A stretch of DNA of 64,000 bases from Tubiluchus corallicola (taxonomy: Eukaryota > Animalia > Priapulida): positions 310,001 through 374,000 of the forward strand of contig JAQGDQ010000006.1 of the NCBI GenBank assembly GCA_030141605.1, written 5' to 3'. Under the pieces are notes generated by a model. That model had not been told where the DNA came from and searched no databases. It was given only the letters and a program-made list of their open reading frames with translations. Made by a program: the position numbers and the translations under genes. Shown in pieces: positions 36,601-48,302 of this stretch. How positions within the stretch are numbered: the stretch's first letter is position 1; every line of letters begins with the position of its first letter.

Positions 36601-38244
36601 GGCTATTATCAGAAACTTTTGGGAGTGCTACACGTCTATGGTCGTTTGAACATGGTCTATAAGTGCGACTAATCTGTATTGGTCTTCTAGTAGCGCTGAA
36701 AAGCAAAATACATGTATGACTGGGCGTGAAAATATAGTTTAGACATTACTGCTAACCATATCATATTATAAACGAAAAGCTGGGCTCAAATGTTTGGCAT
36801 AGTGCAGTCACTGAGGTTGTTGGTAACTCCTTGCTGCTATACAAAGAGGTATGCAAAAATTATGTGAAAAAAGAAAAGTTCAGAACAGGAGACCAACGTA
36901 GGATGTAATGGTTAAGCTAGTCTACATTGATAAACACAATCAGCAATACTTACGTGCTGATAAGTGTTTTCGGTCCAGTGGCGTTTTCTGCAGATGACTA
37001 ACACTATCAATTGGTATTAACTGTTAATGTAAAAGTGATGAATTGAACTTCACCTAAAAACTATACTTGAGATTTGACATGCTAAGCTGTAGCCATCTCC
37101 CTTTCTAACTCTAACTGAATTGTATTTTGATTTTGCTGATTGTTATTTTTGTTTGATCAGTTTAAACTATTTAACTAAATTTCTTACTTTGTCATTTATT
37201 CTACTTTTGCTGAAGGGTCTGGTAATATAAAAATATTTGGAGTATGTTTAGATAGCCAGAACATTGGTGAATTTCATCATTACAGTATTATTAATTTAAT
37301 AATTGTTATCAGTTTATTAATGCTAAATTTCATAACTCATCCCTGATCTCCATATTCTGTCTCCGGTAGCACCATCTGCTTTAACGTCAACGCGAGGCAT
37401 GAACACTGAGGATTAGCAGACTTAGTTACAGCCAGTTTCAAAATTATGTTATATTCATTTGCACACAAAGTTTTTGCTCATTGAGGGAGGACGTATTTAC
37501 CTCTGAACATACCCATGGCACCTCTGCTGGGTTTAGTTTCTCATCTTACAGAGTTAGCCTTGATAATGAGCCAAATTTCGGTTGTGCCACAACTATCCAT
37601 CATTAAAATAGGCCCCGCCATTAAGTGCAGGATTACGGTATCTTGTCTCCAGCACAAAACTGTACATAATTCATAAATCTTCCGACATAGTTATGCGGAT
37701 AAGTGTGCAGTCACCTCTAGGAGTGGGATGCGACCTATTAATTGTTTACTTAGATGTTACTTAATAATTACAAATACAAATTTCAGACAGTCTGTATAAG
37801 ATCGCGTTTTTATTGAAAGGCAAGCACTGTTTTTACTGAAATTCACCCACAACGATTTTTCTATTTTCGTGCAAGCATGTTTATTTTTAATTCGCTATAG
37901 TTTTTAATTTTGCGCTCAAATTGCACAATACTATTTTACGCATAAAACCCACGGTGTTATTGTAAAACAATTTATTGAAAGTCGGTTAATACTTCTACAA
38001 CACTACTGTATTTTATTGATGCGGCTGACGCCCTTGCATTAACAGTGAACGTATTCGTCACTGACTGGTTTTAATAACGTTTATTAAGTGTTATAGAGAC
38101 ACTGGTGTTTTATAGGCAAATAAAACTTTTTATTATTTTAGGTACTTTTACTATACAGGGAGCCATCAAGTATTATTATAGATACGTTAATACATAGGAA
38201 ATCACGTGATTAATCTGAAATTACGGTTGTTCTATGCTGGCACA

Positions 38245-38460
38245 GAAGAGCATCACGAAATGTTGGAAAACTTCTAATGCGCTAACATGCCATGCGGAGC
38301 ATCCACAAAGAACTTACAGGAGCTTAACGAGGACTTTCTCTAAACGAACCTTTTCATTCAGTGCACTACTACCAAACGCGCCAAAACATCAAATTGTCAT
38401 AACACCAAACCTGCTAAACATGCTCTATTGCCAAACACGCCAAAACTAACTGACTGACTA
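38245..38460 (-). repeat. Interspersed repeat, inverted homologue of 40800-41125
   Basis: Reverse complement gtagtgcactga..gttagcgcattagaagttttccaacatttcgtgatgctctt matches gtggtgcactga..gttagcgcactagaagctttctaacgttttgtgacgctctt; both carry gtta/gtca repeats and tttggcg units. Confidence 0.7.
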
Positions 38461-40222
38461 ATTACCTTGGTTTGCTGACAAAGTTGAAATTTCGTCTATG
38501 TATGGATTCTGTGGAACATAAATTTTCAGTTCGTATTCAATATGTATGTTCGGTATTTGAAATCTCAAATGGGAAATATTTAATTAAGATGTTTTTGCCT
38601 TGAGCTCATACTCAACATTTCCCTAAGACTAACCAACCAGGTGCAACATGAGTGGCAAATTTTTTCAAAAGTATGCAAAAAGTAAGACTTTTGAATAGTT
38701 AAAAAAGTACACTTTTAGATATTTTTAAAATGTGCACGGGCACTTATTCCATTATTATGTTAGCGTTTCATACAATTTCGCCAGTCGTGTTAAAGCACAA
38801 AAGAACCCTCAACTTGCATAAAGCTTAAAAAATTCGTCTTGCAATTTTATACCACTTACGTACTGCCTTTTTGCATATTAGATTTGCATCTACAATAGCG
38901 CTGTATAAAACATAGCAATTTAAACTCCCGCGATGACCTTTAGATGCAGCCATTTTGACGATAAGTCATTTGAAACAAGTTTAGATAACATTCTGTAAAG
39001 TTTGAAAAAATAATCAGTGCATTCGTAGCGCACACGTCACTAACTAAGTAAAATTTAAAATTACTGTATCTTCTCAATAAGATTAAAAATACGTTTTCGG
39101 TTAATAAGTGGTTCACCCTGAAGGGCGAGTCAGTGACATTTTGTCAATTGGTAAAAGCATTTTAAATAACTAATAATTTTCTTTCCTGGTCACATAAATC
39201 GTTCAAGCTGGTAAGCGAAATGCTAAGTAATATAATTTTGAATGGAAAGTTTTTTGGGACATAGTTTAACATGTACTTACATGTACTACGTAAAACGTAC
39301 CTTGATTTACGTTTGCGTAAGTGACGTCATGTAATGGCGCCATCGGCACAGTGTCCCGGGAAGTTTAAAATTAAAACAAACAAAAAAATTTTTCAACGCG
39401 AGTACGATATACGCATAAAATTGCTATAAAGTAATATAATTTCTTAAGGCGATTTTTCTGAAACCTACTTTAGGTACGCCTTTTTATCCTTTAACAACTG
39501 TATTATTGGAATTATAATTACTCCATCACAACCTTTACAGCACTATTAATTTAAATGCACCATTGAAAGGAAAGCCTTGGCAAACAACAATTCAAATTAT
39601 ATTTAGTTACAGTTTATTTATCGATAATTTGTGCAATGCTATAGTTATTGTACAAGACATCGACATTATTTTTATATAGTAACAAACTAGACACTAAATT
39701 ATAAATTTTATCTATATATTTATTATGGCATATCTCACTATAATTATAATTATTGTATTATATAATTATAATAATATCAGAATGGTGATCTAAAATTTAT
39801 ATATCTTACGTTTTCTGCAAACCATATATACTTTGCTATATAACTATTAACTTTAAAGATTTTCTTTTTATAGAAATTCTACATGGTATTAACTAACACA
39901 CGATAAATGGATCTAAAGTGAATTAAAAAATGTACATGCACGTGGCACATTAACACACGAGCAATCATTACAAATTTATGCTACACGCTCCAAGTATTTT
40001 TAATATAATTCCAAATGCAACTTCAAGTGATTTTAGAATTTTTGCAATTAATACTTCACGCGTAATGACAAACACCAGTCAATCGTTAATTAGCATATGC
40101 ATATGTATGTACAGGATGAACAAGTGAAAAAAAACAATGCTCAAGGAAGTGTGAGATTATGACGAGTCGAAAACTTTTTTCCGTATGCACAGAATTATAT
40201 GAAAATGTTTTTCGATATCTGG

Positions 40223-40233
40223 GAGAGAGAGAA

Positions 40234-40319
<86 letters not shown>
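40223..40319. repeat. (GA)n microsatellite
   Basis: Directly visible. Confidence 0.97.
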
Positions 40320-40326
<7 letters not shown>

Positions 40327-40799
40327 TTCAATTCTCCTGAAAGTCACAAATCCGGTTCCCCATTCTCTGCATAGAAGAGTTCAACTGCTTAACTTTGGAA
40401 GTGTGACGTTACATCCCTTCAATAAGTGGTGTCACCAAGCTCTGGCTTCTTTCACGAGGTATATGCTATTCTATTTTCTTCAACGATGAAACATGCTCTC
40501 CATCGATAGATAGAAACCAAAAAATCTATTCATTAATTTTAATTTCTGCATTTTAATAACACGTAGTTTTTATCCTAAATTACGTTTTAATTCCAAATAA
40601 GTCTCTCTTCATTTATCTAACTCTTGGCTTCCATCTCTACTAATTTCTATTGTACTCATGTGTAAAATGTGGCTGATATAGAATGGCAAACAAGTTGCGT
40701 TATTTTATAATGTATACTTACTATAGTGATACTTTTCGTCCGTATAAGTTTCCTACATATATTAACTCTTGTTCAGTGGTGTCCTTTTTGATAGAAAAT

Positions 40800-41125
40800 T
40801 AGTTAGTCAGTTTGCTCTCTAAGGTAGTTAGTTAGTCAGTTATTTAGAGAAGTGGCTTTAACAGTTTAATGGTATAGATTTGACGGATTTGGCGGTATGA
40901 TCGATTTGGCGGTATGGCGCGGATTTGTCAGGTTTGGCGGTATGGCAGATTTGGCGGATTTGACAAGGTTGGCGGTATGGGAGATATGGCGATTTGGCGG
41001 GTGTGAAGGTTTAGTAGCCTTGGTGAGGGACAGTGGTGCACTGATGAGAGAGCCTGTGTTGTAAGCCTCACATAAGCTTCGTGTTAGCGCACTAGAAGCT
41101 TTCTAACGTTTTGTGACGCTCTTAC
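40800..41125 (+). repeat. Interspersed repeat with an internal GATTTGGCGG(TAT) minisatellite
   Basis: Tandem degenerate gatttggcggtatg units at about 40875-41005; homologous to 38245-38460. Confidence 0.7.
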
Positions 41126-42792
41126 ATGAAACGTCTACCGAAATTACGCATTTTGAAATCACGACAAAACACAGTGAAGTCTTATTTTGTCTTTACAATT
41201 GCTAAATCCCCCCCAGCCTCCCATAAAAGGCCTTGTATGTTGTTAGCAGTTACAGACTTTTTGCCTTGTATTATCTGCTAATGGTTGCTAGCTGGAATTA
41301 TTTTATTTCAGTATCAGTTATTGCGCACATTATTAATAATTAGAGGGTCTTCAGTAGAGAGGCACAGCTTCCCCGAACAGCGCGACAGATGTGAGATGTG
41401 TAAATATATTTTCTGTATTGACAAGTTATTAACAACGTCCAGGTACTACTAATGTTCAGATAACTTCAAATGTATTTTTTAAATCCAAACTGAGATGCTG
41501 TGAACCATTATTATACAACAGCAAAGCGAGTAGAGTAGCTGCGATGCAGACATTATACTGTTGCCATTGTTTTGCATTTCACTTCTGAAAAAATTTGATG
41601 ACTATACTGCAAACCAAAACTAAGTTATACGTCTCGTGCGTTATAAGGCAGTGTCACACATCTTGGTATTACCTTCAGAAATAAGGATGCAAAAAACTAA
41701 CGTTACAAAATTCTTTACCTGTATGAAAACTTTTAAACATATATGAAGCCTTTGAAATTTGTAGAGCTGTAACAGTGTAACAGCGTTTTCAAATGGCTAC
41801 AAATATAACAGCCCGTGTGAAAAGTCCTCCTTAAAATGCGTGAAGCTGTGTGAATCGCACGACGCGTGATGCCGTGTAAGGACAACTGAAGATATATGAG
41901 GCCACCTTCAGTAAGCCTACATGTAGCCATTGACAAATGTATCATGACAATACAGCAAGCTACGTGCACTCGTCTTGGATCCAGTGAAAATTTTAAAATT
42001 GCATAAATCCGCGAATAAACATAGAAATTATTGTGTGAAATAATGTAAAATAGCTTACGTTTGACAGCAGGTAAGTTTCTAAAAATATGTTTTCATGTTC
42101 ACATATTTGTACCTCAGAATTCTGCGAAACCTTTGAATATGAATAATTAGCACCGTTTACTTGCTTTGCAAAATTACTAACTCGTAAGATAGCTTGTTAA
42201 GTTCAATCCGACGTTGATAAAAAAATGTCTGTAAAGCGGAGTCAGCAAATATAGGCAGTTAAAAAGTACCCCGTAAACTGAAATAATAACTGGTGCTTGA
42301 TCTCCTTGGTGTCGTCAGACTAGCATTTATTCTTTAACTATAAAAACACTGAATAGCGTTTATCAAAGTTTTAATAAGGGTGTGGTCACTGGTCACGTCA
42401 GGAGCGGGAAGCAAGATTATTTTGGTAGCAGGCGTATAAAGAATAGCCATTTTACCAACGCATGTAAAGGATGAATTTACATTGACCGCCGATTGATAAT
42501 AAATTACAAAAAATTACAGTATGAGCGTCGCTGTAACTGTCCCTACCAGCAGCCACGAAAGTCTTTGTATATGAAAATTTTGCGATTTGCATGCGACGTG
42601 ACACTGTCTAACGACAAGAGCTATAAATGGAAGTAAGAAACGATTTTGTTGTGCACACTACTAACGCCCGGGAGAGTGGTCGGTCCATTTTTCCACGCAA
42701 CAAATGCAAGTAATCAGAAAGAGAGTCTCACAGAAGTTCGTAAAGAGGTGGATAGTATCGCTGTTATAACTCCCAGGTCGCTATACTAGCTA

Positions 42793-43037
42793 TCATGATG
42801 CAACGAGACATCGTAAAAATAATCTGAATGCCACCACTAATGTTACTATTGCCAGTTTATTGTTTACAGGAACAGGAGCACCATTTTCGTTGCACAAATC
42901 ATACTGACAACAAGAAACGCAGGTCCAGCTATCAAGCGATTCGTCGCATGGCATAATCAACTCTGTCTGGTTCTTCTGTGACAAGCATGGGTTCAATTTC
43001 GTGCAAGATTTCGTTATCAGCAATTTGTGAATGTCAC
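42793..43037 (-). CDS. Ly6/LYPD6-like last exon, LU domain C-terminal half and GPI signal
   Basis: ITKSC...CVSCCQYDLCN plus hydrophobic tail, stop TGA. Confidence 0.92.
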
Positions 43038-46000
43038 CTGGAAAATAGAAACGGAAAGGATGTTAATGATGGAAATGATGGAATGAACTCGCAATCAATT
43101 AAACTTTTCTGTACAGTCTTAGCCGAAAGGATGAATTATGTTTTTCTTTCAGTCAAAGTTTGTTTAAAAAATTAAGTGGCTGTATCTACAATCATTTCAT
43201 TAATATTTTCATAAAATTTGCAACTGAAAATAATATCAATTTTTCCAGCATTCCATAATATTGTGAAAAAACTTTCATCGAGAACTTTAAAACATGAAAA
43301 TATTAAAACCACCACAAATATTTCGACTGCACATTCTAGCAGTCTAGCAGACTGGAACTAACTTGTAGTTTGAAACTTTGAAAAAAGTACTAAACATTCC
43401 CTCTCAGACCTCCAAGTGCTTCGCCAACGCTTTCTTTTTGTACGTGGTATTTGGTAAAATTTCGCGAAAAAAGAACTGGCGAAAAGATTCCATTTTGGTA
43501 TCCTATATCCGCCTCTCTTCACGAAGTTTCTTGGAAATCTGTTAGATAGTTTTTGCGTAATAGATTTACTGCCATAACAGACAAAAACAATCAAACAAAC
43601 AGATAAGCAAACAAACAAACTGTGTTGAAGCATAACTACTTAGCAGAGATAAAAATAACTAAAATAATTATCCCCCACTGTAACCCTAACCCTAAACACG
43701 TATTTTACTAAGTGTGCAATTTTTTCCTGTGCCATTTTTACCTACTTTTGAATTTGTGCCATTTTTTTCCTGTGCCATCTTTTAATTTCTGTATATATTT
43801 TTATCATATTTCTTATAAATTTTCGTAGCTCTTTTAATTGTGCATGACATGTAGTATTTCTTAGTTTTTAGTGAAAATTTTTAACTTTTATGTGGCATTT
43901 TCATGTGCTGAAATAAACGTTAAATAAAATAAAATACTTTACCTGTGCCATTTTTAGCCAACATTCTTATAATACTTGTATCTGTATCTTATGTTTTTAT
44001 GTTCTTTTACGTTATCTTTATATCAAAAGAATCAGACGAAAGTGTTTAGGATTTTTCGACCTTGGCAAAGATCTGCTTCTTCCTGAACATATTCTAGTTT
44101 TCTTATAGAAATTATTTGCATCAAAATAGCACAGGTGCCATTTTTCCCTTTTTCCAGGTGTGCCATTCTTACCTGCATTCAATGTAGGCATATGCCTCTT
44201 AAGTCTGAAATAATGAAAGCGAGAAAACGGGTTTCACTTCTTTTGCGCAGGGGATCAAAACCTATTAGTTGAGCTGTCGTTATACCTGGCGGAAAACTAT
44301 GCATGTGTATATTCTTATTTAACCCTTTCAGTTCCAGATTATTTTTAATTAAGGAATATTTTTTTGGCTTGGTACTTTTGTTCAGTATGTCCATCTTGTT
44401 TACACATAATAATTATTTTTTTCTACCTGTGCCCGCGAGCTAAATATAGCCTGTATCCCACGGGATACATTGAGATTCAATGGAAGCATGAAATGTGCTT
44501 CATTTTGCAACTGTTGATAATTTTTTAAAGTATTTAAGACATTTAGTATGCATGCTATGCTGATCTGTACAAAGTCATCTCTAAAGTAATGTACCTTGCG
44601 CAGTTTTTTATCCTATGTAGATTTTCTAGTTTGCCATTTTACCACCATTTTAGTCTATTGTTATTGGCTTAAATCAAAATATCTATTAACAGATCAAATA
44701 ACTGTCAGTTTTAAAATTTTATTAACTTTAAAGGCAGAAAATATTCTCGTATCCCACGGGATACAACGGGTATGAAAGGGTTAACATATTATTTCGCGTT
44801 CGTCTTATGTAGTATGGCATGGGCTTTATAGATAAATATATATTGAATTGTGTTCACATCTTAACATCAAACTCGTTTTCATTTATTCACACTACAGGCT
44901 TTTATACATATGAATATGGGACTATACATATGGTTTTAAACAATAAAAAAAAACTCTAAACAGCGTATAATTTGTACTATTTTATACATGTTATTTCGTC
45001 ACACCCATCTAACCTTGGCTTTACCATGAGGCAGCATACTTGTTTGTACGCTTATAGATATTAATACTCAGCCGTACTAACAATTATTTGAGTAGGCTTA
45101 TGACTGTTCAGTCTCTCTCAGCGCAATGACTTACGCGAGTCAACCATATAACAATACATTAATATTTAAATGCCTGGCGATGCATTAAGCTCTCGACCAC
45201 ACATTTACTTAATCACTATGACACAGCAGTAAAGTAATGAAGATGACAGCAGCTATTCACTCACCAGACCAAGTTACCATCGTCTGACACGTATCATAAA
45301 AAGGAGCACATTCACTCATGTATTCCGTGCCATTACACTCGCCGTTATCGTGCACGTTTTCACAAACGTAGCATTTTAAACCATACGCACCTGAAAATAT
45401 CAAATTTGTCATAACTGTCATAATAGGCACTTATAACGATGGCATTAAAAACAGAATAAAATCTGCGATGAAGGCATCTTGTATTCACAAACAAATGAAC
45501 TTTTCAAAAGCTCAGATTAAATTACCACGGTTGAATGTGGTTTCTCAACAAATATGTAAGAAAGTAATATAACTAAATCAAGGTAATGAAATTGTTTACC
45601 ACGTCCGTATGAAGAACGGCTTCTTGAAGATAATTAGAAGAAATTTTCACAGTGAAATGTCTAGACATGTACTGGTAATAGTGCCAAATAGAGGTTGCCG
45701 CAGTTGATATCATAACAATGACATTGGAGTAATTCAATATGAAAGTTCTTGGAAAAGACAAACTTCAACCCACAATCGAATAATTATTCTTAACTTATTA
45801 ACAACACTACCGGTGACAGCCATACCAGTAACTGTCGTTTGTCTATAACTGCTATTACGTAATTACTCATGTTTCCATTATTTTAACATATTATTTGTAG
45901 GAAAATGCAGGATGATTTGTCAAAAGTTGCATAGTAGTTATAAAACAGATTTGCTTAGCAAGTTTATATTCATAAATACAGGTGTCGTACTTTTTACACA

Positions 46001-46220
46001 CGTTTAAAGTGACAAAGGCAACAAAATAGCCTGGCTCTGCAAAACAGCGAATAATAGCCAAAAAAGCGAGACAAACTTACAAAAGAAAGTCAGCTTTCAT
46101 GTGGAAATTACAAAGCATTAAGTACCATTACTGCTGCATAAACCTACCTTTTATAACATACATCAGTGCGTACACTAATAGAAAACTCGTAAAGTAGACT
46201 ACTGGTCCAGGCTTCCCCAT
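42793..46220 (-). CDS. Ly6/uPAR (three-finger) domain protein, LYPD6-like, 147 aa, with signal peptide and probable GPI anchor
   Basis: Exons 46220-46148 (MGKPGPVVYFTSFLLVYALMYVIK), 45390-45265 (GAYGLKCYVCENVHDNGECNGTEYMSECAPFYDTCQTMVTWS) and 43037-42793 (GDIHKLLITKSCTKLNPC...CVSCCQYDLCNENGAPVPVNNKLAIVTLVVAFRLFLRCLVAS). Both introns are phase 1. LKCYxC start, CCxxDLCN end and hydrophobic tail are typical of the Ly6 family. Confidence 0.9.
43330..43650 (-). repeat. Interspersed repeat copy (Helitron/HINE-like)
   Basis: Inverted homologue of 36000-36340; contains (AAAC)n and a short hairpin cagtctagcagactg. Confidence 0.6.
44029..44190 (+). repeat. Interspersed repeat copy
   Basis: Direct homologue of 36418-36600. 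Confidence 0.8.
44323..44780. mobile_element. piggyBac-type MITE
   Basis: TTAA-CCCTTTCA ... TGAAAGGG-TTAA termini; two copies of the near-palindrome GTATCCCACGGGATAC at 44453-44468 and 44749-44764. Confidence 0.8.
45265..45390 (-). CDS. Ly6/LYPD6-like exon, LU domain N-terminal half
   Basis: LKCYVC...DNGECN...C...C; bounded by ttttcag and GTGAGT. Confidence 0.92.
46148..46220 (-). CDS. Ly6/LYPD6-like signal-peptide exon (coding part)
   Basis: ATG at 46220, hydrophobic core, donor AAG|GTAGGT; exon acceptor at 46343-46342. Confidence 0.82.
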
Positions 46221-46970
46221 TGCTGATCGGCTTTGTGTAATTAATAACCATTCAATAACCTATCAATACTGATAGCGAGTTCAGTAGTTTTGCTCACATC
46301 ACAGTGTCACCAACTACTGCTTTTTCGAGCACACGCAGAACCTGCAAAAATGGAATGTCATTTTCCAAAATAGGCCTAGCACCTTCCTATACAACACACC
46401 GTAATCGTGGTCGTTATTTTCTCATGTACAAGCGAGAGTGGAATTTAAAGGGGATCAAGACTAAAAGTAACATTAACAATTACTGAATAGAGTGTGAACC
46501 TACTTTAATTGCTAGAGAAATAGCAATTAATATAATCCTGACAGCGCTGTGCTTTCATGGTGGACATTCTGCCGTTGTAACCAGTCACTGTAACCGATTG
46601 TAACCAAGCACCTGGATCTGCCACAAGATCATCGGTCTTGTCACACCCGCTTACATGTCCTCAAGACATTGCAGCACCTTGGGGGTATGTTCATTGACGT
46701 CACAAGTATGCTATATATTAATTTACGTTACCTGACAAGCGTCTCTTGCAAGCCAGCAATTTATATTGGAGGAGTGTCACAGTCTTAGAGAAATTCCTCA
46801 GTCGTCATTGCAAGGCTTGCATCAAACTGCAATCAGTTATTATGAGACACTCAGTAACGTATGTGGGATGTCTGTGCATCTAGAATTGCATATAATTAAT
46901 ATGCGCAATTAGTATGCATAATATATATATATATATATATATATATAATAATATATACAAATGAAAAATT

Positions 46971-46984
46971 AGGAGCATATACAC

Positions 46985-47046
<62 letters not shown>

Positions 47047-47091
47047 GTGTATATGCTCCTTACATTATATATATATATATATATAATGTAA
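46971..47091. repeat. Two adjacent perfect palindromes centred on (TA)n
   Basis: aggagcatatacacgta(TA)n..tacgtgtatatgctcct (46971-47060) and ttacatta(TA)n..taatgtaa (47060-47091). Confidence 0.92.
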
Positions 47092-48170
47092 CTGCACTTA
47101 GCACGTAAAATTGTTAAATCAGGAAAACATTATAAGTTATATACAGTATATACTTTTAAGTGCAGTAGCATTTATGCTTGAAGCTGAAAAGCTAAGATCA
47201 CGTTACATGAAACTCAAATAACAAGCGAGATCGGCAGCACGCTGTAATCTAATTATTACGATCTCTCTGCAGACTCTGCTGCTAATCATATGAACAAGAT
47301 GAAAATGTACAAAGGTTTCTGTGCCATGCATAAAAACCCCTTTGCAAGAAGGATTTTTTATAGCTGTTACTGTCTGCAAAAACGGTATCATTTCTAATAC
47401 CACAAGCCTATAAATGTAAAACGGCTTATATAACTGACACACTACGTGGTGTAGCCTACTATTGCTCAGCGCACATGTAATTCCGTATTTTTCGTAGATA
47501 CAAATTAATTCATGCTGCTAAGCAAACACATTAATAACAAGATACATTAATTTTAATTTAATTAAGTTAAGCCGATCGCTACTGCTGTCTGCTCTAATAA
47601 ATCAAATAAATTACTTACTATGTTCTCGCCTATTTGCTCATAATAAAACTCGCAAAATCACAGGCAATTGATTTTCTACCGCAAGGTTACAGAGAAGAAT
47701 TATGTAAATTGAATTATTAGTCATGCGAAAGCACAAATTTTAATTCAAATTTATAAAGACTGCCTAGTAAGAATCCCGTTACAAAAATAACCGGTTATGT
47801 TACATTGCTATATAATGATTCCGACTTTAGACTTATTTTTTCAGACCAAATGCAACAAACGAACGAGCGAAATAGAGTAAATGAAAGGACACAAATGTCG
47901 AAAAATATGCCAGTAAGGAATATCTCGAGGTATACGGTGTCTTTTTTCTTGTCAGCTGTTTGTTTAGATTCGCTTAGCAAACAGGTCTTATGCTTCAAAC
48001 CTGCGACAGCCGAAGACGTAATCGTTTTCTACACGAATAAAGTATTTTACGCCGCATTATCTATCGTCTTGTTAATTACAGTTGAATACGCCACAAAGGC
48101 TTTCCTTCTTTAGGCGATTCCCTTTTAGGGATATATTTATCGGGTTATTTATACGTATATATACATATAA

Positions 48171-48174
<4 letters not shown>

Positions 48175-48235
<61 letters not shown>

Positions 48236-48266
48236 CGTGTGTGCGTGTGTGTGTGTGTGTGTGTGC

Positions 48267-48302
<36 letters not shown>
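48175..48302. repeat. (TG)n microsatellite with TGCG interruptions
   Basis: Directly visible. Confidence 0.97.

Noticed and set aside
40086-40489. ORFs with ERERER or LSLSLS runs (likewise CVCVCV ORFs at 48082-48406 and 51646-51996)
   Set aside because: They are translations of dinucleotide microsatellites.
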